Source: Tubiluchus corallicola (Eukaryota; Animalia; Priapulida). From it: DNA of 64,000 nt. Within the stretch, counting starts at the first letter, position 1. Every line of letters starts with the position of its first letter. The translations under genes were made by a program, and so were the position numbers. This document shows positions 24,761-37,923 of this stretch, piece by piece. Under the pieces are notes generated by a model, which did not search any database, was not told the origin of the DNA, and was given only the letters and a program-made list of their open reading frames with translations. Location of the stretch: contig JAQGDQ010000308.1 of the NCBI GenBank assembly GCA_030141605.1, positions 1-64,000 on the forward strand, given 5' to 3'.

Positions 24761-27714
24761 GCACTGGATCTTTCCCTGACTCTTGTCGGAGAATGTTGGC
24801 GTCCACAGGCTTGACTTGAAGACTGAGAACTTTGATGGCACACACCATGTCCATGTCTTCACCATTTTCCTCCCGTCAAAGTCGTGTTGTCTCCAGATGG
24901 CAAGCGACTAAGGGCATCTGCATTGCCGTGATCTGCTGTTTTCCGGTACTCGATGGTGTAGTCAAACTGGTTCAGCCACAGGGCCCACCAAGCTAGACGA
25001 TTAGTGGCAAGAAGTGGCGTCCCTTTCTTCGGTCCGAAGAGTGATGTCAGCGGCTTGTGATGAGTCACCAGTATGAAATGACGCCCGTAGAGGTACTGGT
25101 AGAATTTCCACAAGCCGAAGATGATGGCTAGGACTTCCTTATGTATTTGGCTGTAGTTCCTTTCTGCAGCTGTGAGAGACTTGGACACATTGGCAATTGG
25201 GCACTCGTTTCCGTCCGGATAGCGATGAAACAGAACAGCTCCAATTCCAATGTTGGATGCGTCACAAGCCAATCCCAGAGGCTTGTCTGGGCCGAAATAC
25301 ACAAGGACTTGATCTCAGGATAGCACATTTTCAACAGTTCAAATACTGTTTGCTCCTCATCTCCCCACGTCAGGGGACTGTCTTCTTGGTCAAGCAATAA
25401 AGAGACTCTGCCGTAGTAGCCAGGTTGGGATGAACTTCCAGTAGAATTGAACCGAGCCCAAGAAAGACTTCAAGCTTGAGACATCTGTAGGAGGTGGCAT
25501 CTTCATGACTGCCTCAACCTTGGATCCTTTTGCGACTCCTTCGGCCGATAAGGTGTGTTCAAGGTATTCAACACTTGGTTGTGCGAACAAGCACTTTTTA
25601 CGACGACTTCTGAGTTCTTTGTCGTTCAGACGAGTGAGCAAGCATCTCAGGTTGCCCAGGTGGTCATTGGCATCTTGCCCGCTGACGAGCATATCTCGAA
25701 GGTCATCTCGAAGAGCGAATGGAACCGGTTGTGCCTTGTGAAAAACTGGCTTCGTGTCAGACTTGAACTTCACTTCCAGCTCGAAGTCCTTAAGACACCC
25801 CAATTCTTCTTTGAAGAGATATGGGAACTCGTCACACAGGTTGTGGCAATCTCGTTGTAGGGAAGCATAAGACGTGTAAGAGGTCGCCGGACGTCTTTAC
25901 CCCTCGCTCTTGTCTTGACTATCTATGCTTCTCAGTCCTCAAGCATTGTCCACAGAAATTCCCAGCTTCTAGATAACATTTCGTTCAAGCAGGTTCAGGT
26001 CAGGGATCTTGGTGACGATGTAAGGAATTGAGCTCTGTTTACCAGTCTTTGGATCCTTGGTCTGGCCCATGAAAGTTCGAAGCACTGGCAGGTCGTGCTT
26101 GCTGGCAGACTCGTAGTGATGTCTGACGTCATCCAGCTTTTGCTTTGCTAGTTGTTTCCAGACCGGCACTGAAACGAAATTTCCCGAGGTTGCAGTGTCA
26201 AGTTCCATCCTGAACTGTCCGTCTTGGATATTGACTTCAACATCCAAACTAGGAGAGTCTTTGGGAATTTCACCGAGGATCGCAGGAGCGTTGACAAGCT
26301 CATCTCTCGTGATTCTCCTCACGGACTTTCCAGATTTTTGGTCCAGTTTCTGTCATTGCTTCTTCATGTAAGCAGCCTCCAAATGTCCTTTCTTGTCACA
26401 GAAATGGTACTTGGCATCTTTGTAGGGACAGTCAGTCACTTTGTGGGCCTTTCCACAATGGTAGCATTTCGTATCCATGTCTGTGGAATTTGACTGCTGA
26501 TGGTTCTTTCGTTGACCCTTGTTCTGGTTCAGCTTGACTTTGTTGACAGGCCTGGTTTTGGAACCATAGATAGTTTCCTTGGCAACCTTGCCGCGTCTTC
26601 AGTCTCGGTAGGGACTTGGACAGCACGGGCGAAAGTCAGATCTTCATCCTTGATTTTGAAGATAGCCTTCAAAACAGCTTCGTTGTTGACAGAGCTTATA
26701 TAGTTCTGCCTCAGACTTCATCTTATGGGTCTTGGATATATGAAAAGTCACAGGTAGCAGCGTCTTGGCGTATGCGGACTGTTACTCCTGGAGAGTTTCG
26801 CCTGGCTTCTGCTGCATGTCACTCCAGAACTTGAAATGTTCTCGCACAATGAAGAGTTTCGGTCAAACTGTTCCTTCATGAAGTCCTTGTTCACAAAGTT
26901 CATAAAGTTCACAATTTCGTCTATTGTCAGTTCGTTGATATCCTTGGATGGAGACTGTTGAGTTGCTAGATTCGCCAGTTGTTTGTAGATGGCAGCAGAC
27001 TGATTTGTTAGGAAAACTCGAGCCTTGCATTGGTCAGGCACTTTGTTGGCTGCCTCGAAGGTATAAGATCTTGACCAGTAGTCAGGCCACAGTTCAGAGG
27101 TTGGATCAAAAGCAGCAAATGGTGGAATAGCATCTGTAAGTGCCGATGCTGGCAGAAGATGGGTGCTTGAGCAGGGATCCTTTTCAGGAGTTCGAGCATG
27201 AAGCAGCCTCTTCACAGCGTCCATATATTCTTTCTGCTGCTGCGCCTGCCGATCCATCTGTTCTCTCTGGATATGAATCTGCTGCGCCTGCTGATCCATC
27301 TGTTCCCTCTGGATATGAATCGGGTGCGTGAGGAGCTTGAGAAGTTCACCCATCTCCTCTGCCATAATTGCTAGGATAAACAACTGTCCACTGAGTCACC
27401 AAGGATCCTGTCGACTGCCCCTCTCGGAAGGCTCGTAGAGAAAACCAGAAAACACTTCTTCAAATTAAACTAGTTTATTATGCAATAATTCTACAACACA
27501 AAAATATGAAGGAGCGCGAAATGTTTACAGTAAACGTGATAATCTGGAAACGTGAAAACGAATCTGAGAATGTGAGAGAATTAGAGAATGTGCATCTAAA
27601 CTTCAGCGGCCAGCTCCGCCTTATATATCAGCGCCAGTTCGAAACTTCCAGAAAATTCCACAAGGTAAGACGATTGTTCTACTATACAATGGAACATTCC
27701 AGATCTCCACAACA
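24761..27714 (-). mobile_element. Degenerate, 3'-truncated Ty3/Gypsy element (Mag/K02A2.6-like) with one short LTR
   Basis: Gag (W.DYWSR..TF..AN), Cys/His remnants, protease MELDTATS, RT with internal deletion, RNase H LACDAS.IGIGAVL...HGNADALSRLP; multiple stops and frameshifts. Putative 5' LTR ~27433-27714 begins TGTTG on the minus strand and contains TATATAA and AATAAA. Confidence 0.85.
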
Positions 27715-30700
27715 CTCACGTAACGCCATTTTATGTTAATGATAATTTTTTGGAGCCAACAAATTTAACGTAATATAGTAATCGAAAGTTATCGTAATAA
27801 ATTAAAAGAAAATTGGTATGCATCATTAAACAATCAATGCTACTTCTAATAATCACAATACAACTTGACCTATCCTTATATTATTCTTAAAGCTGATGCA
27901 AGAATGAGCAATTGTATGAATACCAGCAGAACATTCATAAAATTATAACATAGACAAATCACAACTTTCTGATACTATGCTAAATTCGTAAAGAGTTTGG
28001 CTTATTTTACTGCTTTTTAAGGAAGGAACGTAAAAAATATCATAAAGAAATCAAATGCAAAATTGGTCACAAAAACTATAACTAATGTTTTATTTTCCCA
28101 AACAGAATTCCTTAACTATTACTGCCTTCTGACTTGCTTACTATAATTTTATTGCATACAAAATGTTTTGTAATACATAGACTATAATCAAATCACAGAT
28201 ATTATTAACAACGATTAAAGTTACAATTTGGATTTACAGACTGGATGGAAATTCATATAAAAATATAGCTAAAAATGGAAAAATAGAAAATAATGCTTTT
28301 TTAACAATTTTGAATTATAAATCCACAAATGCGTACTGAATGCAACACAAAACAGCTAAACATGCAGCTACACATTTCATAAATTATTATTATAATTTAC
28401 TAACGCTCAAAGCAAGTCAAAATAGCATATATATTTATATGATAAAAATGTAACATAGCATGTACAGTAAAAGGACTTGAAAGCCATATTATTATAAAAA
28501 TAATTATACATTCATTATTAAAACTGCAATCTTAATAATAAACAATTCTGCCTTTTTTTCAAGAATTATCTGCAAATATCACAGCAGTTGAACAGAAAAA
28601 AATTAAATTATGTAAAACCAAATTAAATTTTTGACTGGTAATTTAAACACTCACACATTATAATGTGCATAATAGCAGGCTTGCCAAGCAAAATAAAGTA
28701 ACAGGAGACATTTTACAAAATCTGTGCATCATACTTTGCTTGCCTTCATATGGGCATAACAGTAGGTTTTAAAAAAATAAATTTGATATGTAACAATATT
28801 TAGTAATGATATGTAGTAAGAATCATCATTTACAACAACATGCAACCATACTTTGTGCAACAGACTAAGAGGTATATTATATATATTATACTGATATATA
28901 TATATTATTAAATTAAGCGATATATGAAAATTAAAAATGACATAAGTAACAATCAAGCTAATTTACCAAACAAAGAATGAATGTTCTGTATTACAAAACT
29001 TGCGAAAATTCCCAATTAATGCATCTGAACTTAGTACGCATACAATGTTTTTAAATGTAAACTTAATCAAAAGCTGCAAACAAGTTTAACATGCACTTAC
29101 GCAGATCTATATCAAACAAATGCACGTTAGTACAACTTTATGTACAAATAAAACAATGCACCACCTTGCCTTTTAATAAGCAAAATCCGGAAAACTGCGT
29201 TAAATACAGCAATATTTTAATTAAAATTGAAACAGTAGCCATGATAAGTAAATTTTCATACAAAGTATGTGGCAATAATTTTGATTCAAGATGAATTAAT
29301 TCTTTGGTTAGCTGTGAGGTTGTAGTATACACCTTTCATAGCAAGTAATTCCATATGAGTCCCTATTTCTACAATAATTCCAGCATCTATTACAGTGATT
29401 TTATCAGCATGTTGCACTGTGGACAACCGATGAGCAACAATGATACACGTCCGCCCTTCTCGAGCGCAGTCTAACGCATCTTGCACAATCTGTCAATAAA
29501 CAATAACCAATGGTCAGTTGTCAGCACCTCTTAAGTAGGTTCTTTGCAAACATTGAAAAAACACAACAAATATTTATTGCAGAAGTCAACAACTACTAAA
29601 ATCAACATAAAGCAAACATGTTGAAGTTTACTTGTACAGCAAATGCAGATGCATGATTATAACAATTGTAAGACTCTGAACAGCACTTAAGGTAGCAGAT
29701 CATTAATATAAAGGATTACATAGTGTGGCTTTAAATGGCTTTAAAATTTAACAATATAAAAACGTGACTAACTCTTTACATTTTGAACTGTCAAAAATGT
29801 TGATCAATTTTGCAATGTAAGTTTTATTTGAAGTGGAATGTCAGCAACTATTTTAAGACACAATATTGTCTACTAATCTCAAATTTTTGTTAGTAATGTT
29901 GCAAGGTAATACAAATGTGCACTGGATCTTTTGGCAGCAAGTGCAGTGCCGTAAAACAAGTAACTTTGCTCATGTAGCAATCATTTTTGAGAAAATCAAG
30001 TGTTTTGCAGCACTATCCTGTAACTAAACTTGACCAGTTTTCTGTTTCCTTATGATTTGCAACAAATCCAATAGTTCCCAACAAAATCGCAATAAAATCT
30101 CTTTACTGATTTGTCTTTATATTCATGCAAAGCAGTGCGGCACATGAATTTGTTATTTTTTATCAATCTTTTATTCGTATAAAAATTTTTATACAGCAAT
30201 GTAGTTTTAGTACAAATAATTAATACAATAAAATATAATTTTTGTTAGTTATTAAAAAAAAAACAAAAGATGATGAAGTTCATATACACATTGCCATCAT
30301 GCTACATGTAGTTGCTTACACATTCATAAGGTGCTTTTCTAACTTTCCTTTTCACATTAAAATAAAAGCAAAGAGTACAACCATACTTTATTCTTAAATC
30401 AACATCAGAGTCATTCATAAAATACAACATTTTTGATATACCAAGTGATTCAGAACTTTGAATTCTGTTTAAAAATCCCAATTTACGACTGTCAATCAAA
30501 AATTTGCTGGTATGGTACCACAATAATACATAAGTAGTTTTACACTTTCATTTTGTTTAAAGTCAAATATTTTCTATATGCACAGTTCCAACTCACTCAA
30601 CTCGCATCTATAGCAGAAATGCCACCAATTTCACACCCTTAGAACAGAATAGGAAGACAATAAGAACTAATTAATGTTTTTGCCACTACTGGGTCGCGTT

Positions 30701-31728
30701 TGGGCCACTGTGTTGACAAAATAGCATTTAAACACGCGAAATATTTACACTTCAGTCTTATAATATCAACTGCAAAGTCTTTATCAGTTTTATACTGGTT
30801 TTACACTAGTTAACCTCAACAAAGTAACATAATAATTATTTTAACAAGATAAAACTGAACTCTATAAGCTAAGTGACCTGCCCGGCACCTACTACATGCT
30901 CACTGAGTTGCATTATCATCTGAAAGTCGACAAACATTCTGTAGTTTGAGTATGTACTGTACATACCCTGTACATGCACGTGAATGGCAATGTTTACTGT
31001 TAAAAGTGCAATAATAATAACCAATATCACGTTTTCGGCTCTTAATGGATCTTTACAGTTAAGTTGCCACTAGATAAAAGAAAATCTTATTGTGGCCAAA
31101 AATATGATAAACATTTTATAAAGCTCCTCTCACCCGTTCACTTTCTGTGTCAAGAGCTGAAGTGGCTTCATCTAGGATGAGAATGGTTGGATTACGCACT
31201 AAAGCTCGAGCTATAGCGATTCGCTGCTTCTGACCCCCAGACAGTTGTGTGCCTTTCTCACCCACAACTGTATTATATTGGTGCAACATAAATGTTAACT
31301 TAACATTACTATCTAAAAAACAAAAACAGATACACATACTAGAAAATGTGTTGCCATATAAAGGCAAATGCAAATATTTAATTAGATAAGCTGTCTCTAC
31401 AAGAAAAGCTAAAACATTTTAGCACAAGTTGAAATAATGATAATTACAATGTACTCTATAAGCTTTAAAATTACACAGCCATAGTTTAACTCACTATGTA
31501 TAACAAAAGATCTGATACAAATTAAGTTATCACAATTCATATTTTCAACTTGACAGGAACTAAAATACTTTCTTATAATTTAGAACTACTGTATTACAAC
31601 TCAGCATTTACATATTTAATCTCATTACAGAAACCAGTTACAGTCAAAACTTTTTATACTGCTCACTTTAAGACTGCAAAGCATTTGACATATAGTAAGT
31701 CTGGCAAGATAGTAAATCTGAGTATAAG

Positions 31729-32160
31729 ATACTGATGGGCGACTTTAACGGTCGAGTTGGACTAGCATTATCAAATGAACAATACACATGCCTTGGAAAA
31801 TTTAGAAATGGTATTCGGAATGATCGTGGCCAAAAACTCCTGGACTTTGCATCATCACAGGGTTTAATCATTGCTAACACCCTTTTCAAGAAAAATCAGA
31901 AAAGATACTGGACCTGGGAACACCCAAACGGCAGATCAAGATCTCAGTATGACTATGTTCTCGGAAATTCTAGAGGAATTTACCTTTACAAGCTGTTCAC
32001 CAGAGTACTGCAAAACAGAATAGGAAACCAGCTAGATGGATACCAACCTCCGGAGCAAGCTGGTTTTAGACACGGTTATTCTACTTGTGATCATCTCCAC
32101 TCAGTAAATCATCTGATATCGAATTGTAAAGAATATAAAATCAAATTGAGCATTGGATAC
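31729..32160 (+). mobile_element. Internally deleted RTE-clade LINE fragment (endonuclease piece fused to RT piece)
   Basis: ILMGDFNGRVG...N.RGQKLLDF...IANTLFKK...WTW.HPNG....YDYVL directly followed by LYKLFTRVL.NRI...EQAGFR.GYST.DH. Confidence 0.85.
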
Positions 32161-35100
32161 ATGAAAACACGAAAACACTGTTACACTTTTGGAGCATGGA
32201 ATGTCCGTACACTGATCGATTGTGAACAGTCTATTGAGAGAAGAACGGCAATCGTGGCTAGGGTTCTCAATGAACAAGGTGTGGACTTTGCAGCGCTCAG
32301 TGAAACGCGTCTTGAGGAAGAGTCCCAACTGTCAGAAGATGGGGCAGGTTACACCTTCTTTTGGATCGGAAGGCCACAGCAGCAACCACGTCAAGCAGGA
32401 GTCGGCTTTGCTGTGCGAACAAAGCTTGTGCAACACCTGGTCAGTCTTCCGAAAGGTATCACTGAAAGGCTTATGACAATGCGAGTGCGGCTCTCAAATG
32501 GTCATTTTGCAACGTTACTCAGTGTATATGCCCCGACGATGTCTTACCCAGATGAGGCTAAAGAGGAATTCTATGATCTGCTGTCCAGGACCATCACAAC
32601 CATCCCCTCAGGTGACAAGATCCTTCTTCTGGGGGACTTTAATGCACACGTAGGACGAAACTCTGCTGCCTGGGAGAATGTGATTGGCCATCATGGCATC
32701 GGCGCTGAAAATTCGAATGGCACATTGCTCCTGAGTCTCTGTGCTGCCCACAGGCTTGTGATCACAAACACATTGTTTCAGCAGAAGGATGCCTTCAAAA
32801 CAACCTGGATGCATGCCAGATCAAAACATTGGCATGTTTTGGACTATGTGATTGTGCGGCAGAGGGACCGACGTGATGTGCACCTCGCTAGAGCGGTTCG
32901 TTGCACCACTCCCTGGTCTGACCACCGGCTGGTCAAGGTGAAGACAGCCCTACAAGTTCCCCCAAAGGTTCGCGCAAAGTCTGCAAGAGCACCACGACTT
33001 GACTTATCGAAGCTGAAGCTGCCCACACATCGTATGTTGTTGGAGCAGAAGATATCCACGCAATTCCAAGCACAGAGTGAGATGCTGGATACCATAGCAG
33101 GCAATGTAGAGGAAGAGTGGGAACTTTTGAAAAAAATTCATATGACAGTGCTGCAGCAGCACTTGGGAAACGTCGTAGGGACAAAAACGACTGGTTTGAC
33201 CACAACGATCAGGAGATTCATGGCATACTATCCAATCTGCACGAGAAACATCTGGACTGGGTGAATGATAAGAATTGCCAAGCAAAGAAAGACAGCTACC
33301 ATCAAGAGAGGTCTGTTGCACAGGCGAGGATTAGGAAGATGAAAGATGCTTGGTGGGTTGATCGAGCCATAAGACTTCAGGATGCTGCCGACCGGCATGA
33401 TACTCGTGCCTTCTATCAAGAGCTGAAGACTGTACATGGTCCTAGTTTCAACAGATCCATGGCTGTTTTGTCAATAGATGGTAACACACTTTTCACGGAA
33501 CCAACTGCTATTGTCCAGAGATGGGCTGAACATTTCGAGCAGATTTGGAAACATCCTTCTATCATCGACGATGATGTCATCATTAACGTGCCGCAACAAC
33601 CAACAATGGAGGAACTGGCTGTGCCGATTCAGTTGGAAGAGGCGAAAGCTGCGATCAAGGCTATGAAATGTGGAAAAGCCCCTGGTGCAGATGGCATTAG
33701 CCCTGAAATCTTCAAGTATGGTGGTCCGCTTCTTGTGGAAAGGCTTTTCAAGCTTTTCAATACCATTTGGGAGGCTGAGACTGTGCCGCAGGACTTCAAA
33801 GATGCTACGATCATCCATCTATACAAGCGGAAAGGCGATCGCGCAGACTGCAACAACCACAGGGGAATATCGCTGTTGAGTATTGCTGGAAAGATTCTGG
33901 CTCAAGTAATTATACGGCGCATTAGTTCTCTCGCTGAGCAATTCCACCTAGAACGCCAGTGTGGATACAGGGCAAACCGTGGTACTGTTGACATGATCTT
34001 CGCTGTGAGGCAGTTGCAAGAAAAGTGTAGGGAGCAACATCGGGACCTCTACTTGATATTCGTGGATTTAACAAAAGCGTTTGATTCAGTCAGCAGGGAG
34101 GGACTTTGGAGACTTCTGTGTCGGACAGGATGTCCCTCAAAAATTGTCAATATAATACGCTCTTTTCACGATGGCATGCAGGCTCGTATTGTGGATGGGC
34201 ACCAGGAGTCCTCTCCGTTTGCAGTCAACAACGGTGTTAAGCAGGGATGTGTACTAGCCCCACTGCTTTTTGGAATAGTCATTGCTGCAGTAATACGCGA
34301 TGCCTACAACGAGTGCTATCGGGGTGTCGAGGTCAGGTTTCGTTACGATGGCGGCGTATTCAACCTGCGCCGCTTCAAGGCGCGAACGATGGTGTGTTAC
34401 ACCTTGATAAGAGAACTGCTGTATGCTGATGACTGTGCACTTGCCAGTCATTCCATGGAGGATGCACAATTTTTGATGGACAACTTCGCTTTATCAGCCA
34501 CCCGTTTCGGTCTGACTGTGTCTGTGAAGAAGACAGAAGTTTTAGTGCAGCCTAGACTTGGTACAAATCCTACAGCACCTGCTATAACGATCGGAGATGA
34601 AACTCTAAAGGTCGTGGATCGGTTCAGTTACCTGGGAGGCACAGTGACAAATGATTGCTCTAGTGATTGTGATATAACCACCAGAATTGGCAAGGCTGCA
34701 GCAACCTTCGGGGGCCTGTCAGGAAGACTGTGGAATACCCGGGATGTCCGCCTAGCAACGAAGATGGCAGTTTACAAGGCAGCCATTCTACCGGTGCTAC
34801 TTTACAACTGCGAAACCTGGACACTGTACCGCAAACAGGTCAAGAAGCTTGACAGTTTCCATATGCGCTGTTTACGTCGGATAGCTGGCATTCGCTGGCA
34901 GGACAGAGTGCCTAATACGGAAGTCTTGGGTTGCTGTAATGCCTGGGGCATTGAATCCCACATATTTGTGGCACGGCTCCGCTGGTCTGGTCATGTGTCC
35001 CGGATGGGTGAGGACCGTATTCCTCGGACTCTCCTGTTAGGTGAGTTGGCAGTAGGGGCAAGGAGGTTCGGTAGGCCCTTTAAGCGTTACAAAGACCAGC

Positions 35101-35402
35101 TGAAGGATACCCTGAATCAATGCAACATCCAACCAGAAAACTTCGAGGCCCTTTTCGAGTGACAGAACGCAGTGGAGAGCGCTCTGCAAGAGAGCACTGA
35201 TCAACTTTGAGCATCTACGAATAGAAGATCTCAAAGAAAAGAGGCGTCGGCGTAAGAATAATGTGCAGTGACTGGACGGACTTTCGTGACTCATTTATTT
35301 TATTTCCTACTGTAATATCTCTCTGTATTTTGTCTGTATTTTGTGTCTGTCTGTGGGGCCGGATCCGTCGTTTGACGACGGCCTACCAATATATATATAT
35401 AT
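32161..35402 (+). mobile_element. Near full-length RTE-BovB-like LINE (APE endonuclease + RT), two homopolymer frameshifts
   Basis: GAWNVRTL, LSETRL, GVGFAV, SVYAPT, LGDFNA, LDYVIVR, SDH; KAPGADG, HRGISLL, FVDLTKAFDSV, GVKQGCVLAP, YADD. Frameshifts at an A-run ~33130 and a T-run ~35152 (true stop ~35271); 3' stem-loop and (TA)n tail 35389-35402. Confidence 0.93.
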
Positions 35403-35484
35403 AACTTGGTATTAATTGACCAACTTGCTGTGTGACTGTAGCCATAACTGTTCTTCATTTATTTGCACAATCATTGGAAGCTTA

Positions 35485-35748
35485 AATAAACTAAACTGAA
35501 ATGAAGCAAAATGGAATGAAATGAACCAAATGAAGTGAAGCTGAACTGAATAAAGCTAAGCAAGGTGAAATGAATGCAGCTCAAATGAAGTGAACAGAAG
35601 AAAATGGAGTTGAAAAGAATTCAAATGACTGGGACGAAATGAAGTGAATCAAACTAAACCAAAATGAGCTGAAATGAAATGCTTGTTATTGAAGTGAACT
35701 AAACTGAACTCAAGTTAAGTGAACTGAGCCAAACTGAACTGAACTGAC
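35485..35748. repeat. Degenerate pentamer tandem repeat (AATGA/ACTGA/AGTGA)n
   Basis: Visible 5-bp periodicity: aaatg aagtg aactg aactg... Confidence 0.8.
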
Positions 35749-35749
35749 A

Positions 35750-37803
35750 ATTTAGAATATGTGATAATTTCTTTAGTGGAACAGCCATAGCTTGTTTCCA
35801 GCAAAGACCCATCTTCCAGGCATTTCCTCGATTTTGACAGACCCAATAGACGATCAGTTTCTTTAGCGTCATCATAGTCACCTTCATCCATTCTCATTTC
35901 TTGGCGCTAAACCTGTGCGTAGTTCACAAAAACTTATACGCGTTTACGTAAGATGATCACAGACTTGGATATACACACGCGGTATCACAATTATAACAGA
36001 GCACGTGAATCGTAGTAGTAGTAATTCATAAGCATTGATTATAACTTGGTCCACAGCACAAACGACTGCACAGCGGTAAGAAAAGTTACAGTCTGCGACA
36101 AATACACAGCAACAGACTCATTAGTTAAACAACATTCTACGCTACAGAGTTATGAAATCAAGTACGTAAAACTAGCCAAACTACTGTATGTACAGAATCC
36201 CGGAATTACTCATGTTTCTTCCTTGGGACTGAACAGGACTCCTAACTCCCTCACGCGTACAGATCGGCTCTGAAGCGGAAATCACGTAAGCTAGTCAATC
36301 ACTTGATAAAGCTGCTGTTACATATACTACAGATCTTCGTTTAATCAGGCCACTGTCAGAGTTATGACTCATTTTGATTATGGAGCTTTAGCTTAAAATT
36401 TGTTTTGCCACAAAATTATCACTAGCAAATTAGTCATAAGAATTATAGCTTTTTGGACTGGAGCTGATTCGTAAGCTCTTTAACTGTATCTCTGGAAGCT
36501 ACCTTGAACAGTATTGGGCCAGCCTCAGTGTGGATACGCTCGATTCTGTTCATTACCAGTGGCGAGCAAACAGACATCAATAAAAAAGTGTGTGTTTGCG
36601 AGATCAACTTGATTTCAAAATCACGCCATATGTCTTTTACATCATCTATGTACTTACTGTTCACTGCCCCCTGGTTACATTTTTAGTTTCAGCAGCTCGT
36701 TAACGTACGTCTTAGTCATTCGCAATTTATCTGCGCTCCAATCATTTATTTTTTTTGCAGATACAAGCCCCATTTGTTGACACTCGCGCATGTGCACGCA
36801 CGCGCATGCACTCACACACACACAACTTCCTTTACATTCAGAAAGGTGTTCAGTAGTATACTCTACTACATGACATAGAGAACAATTCAGAGGCCTTTTA
36901 TATAGATTTTTAACATTTACTTTAAGATTTATCATGTTGAGCCTCATGGCCATAATAGCTTTCTTTTCATTAAATCTGAACTTTTCAACGTACATTTGTC
37001 TTTCATTTCTGTTTCATATTTTCTTCAAAAATTAGCTGATAATTACTTTTGCTATTGAACCAATCTGTCAAGTATTTGTATTCACGAGTTTGTTTAATTT
37101 GGCCATTTTACGCTCAGTGTTAGTTCTTAATGAAATATTCCTTTTTCTGTCACATTAGTTGCCACGTATTTTTTTTAAATAAAAGGTCATTATATTCTCC
37201 ATCTCTAGAATACTCTCTCTGCTGCCCTAATCACCGTTTTTGCACTTCCTATATAATATATATATGACAGTCTACACGTTATCCACGTATGAAGGGGTAC
37301 CAATCTCTAAAGCAAGGCCTAATATTGTCATTGGATGATACTGTATATCATAGTTATCCCTCACATAGCGTCGGTCTCATATTGGGGTGCCCTGCCTTAC
37401 GTTTTCAATTAATTTAATGCGTTTAGTAAATCCGACATATGTGTTAATTTTGGCCTTTGCTTCACAGTTGAGTTTATAAACTAATAAAGTATCACGAGAA
37501 TTAAATCCTGATTTCCATAATTGATAAATGCAATCCTGCGGCCATAGTTGGTCAAAGCACTTTTCAACATTGATCACCAAATAAGAGCTATAAATCCATA
37601 CTCATCATTTTATTATATTATTTTACTTGCTTGAGACGTTTTGTATAGAAAAGCAGTACATAACATTTAATGAACCAATGATGAGTGAATCCACACTATG
37701 AGTGGATAAGTACAAAATTAAAAATTGTATTTTATTGTATAACTAGTTTTACCTCAGTGAATTTACAGCAGGTTCGACAACTAATAAATATAAATTTTTG
37801 TAG
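35750..37803. repeat. Segmental duplication copy B (ABCB exon 1 + upstream region; empty site for the LTR element at ~36651-36655)
   Basis: Colinear with 14270-15191 + 23141-24291; reads CATCTATG-TACTT-ACTGTTCAC across the insertion point; includes copy B of the RTEX-like remnant (~36675-37580). Confidence 0.95.
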
Positions 37804-37923
37804 ACTCATTATTAAACTACTCGGGTGTTCAGCACAACTTACCCATATATCGTATACGAAAATTTACATATTGATTATTATGTATATAAATACAGTACTT
37901 TTTTAGATCTGGTCTGCACTTAC

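Larger units (their letters stand above)
29286..35891 (-). pseudogene. Internally deleted ABCB1 paralog: exon 1 (~35891-35749) and last two NBD2 exons (31280-31134, 29489-29286)
   Basis: [49 protein letters not shown]|[29 protein letters not shown]...GVYYNL..*; exon 1 homologous to 14412-14270; no intervening ABCB exons found; acceptor before 31280 reads TTGCAC rather than AG. Confidence 0.8.
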
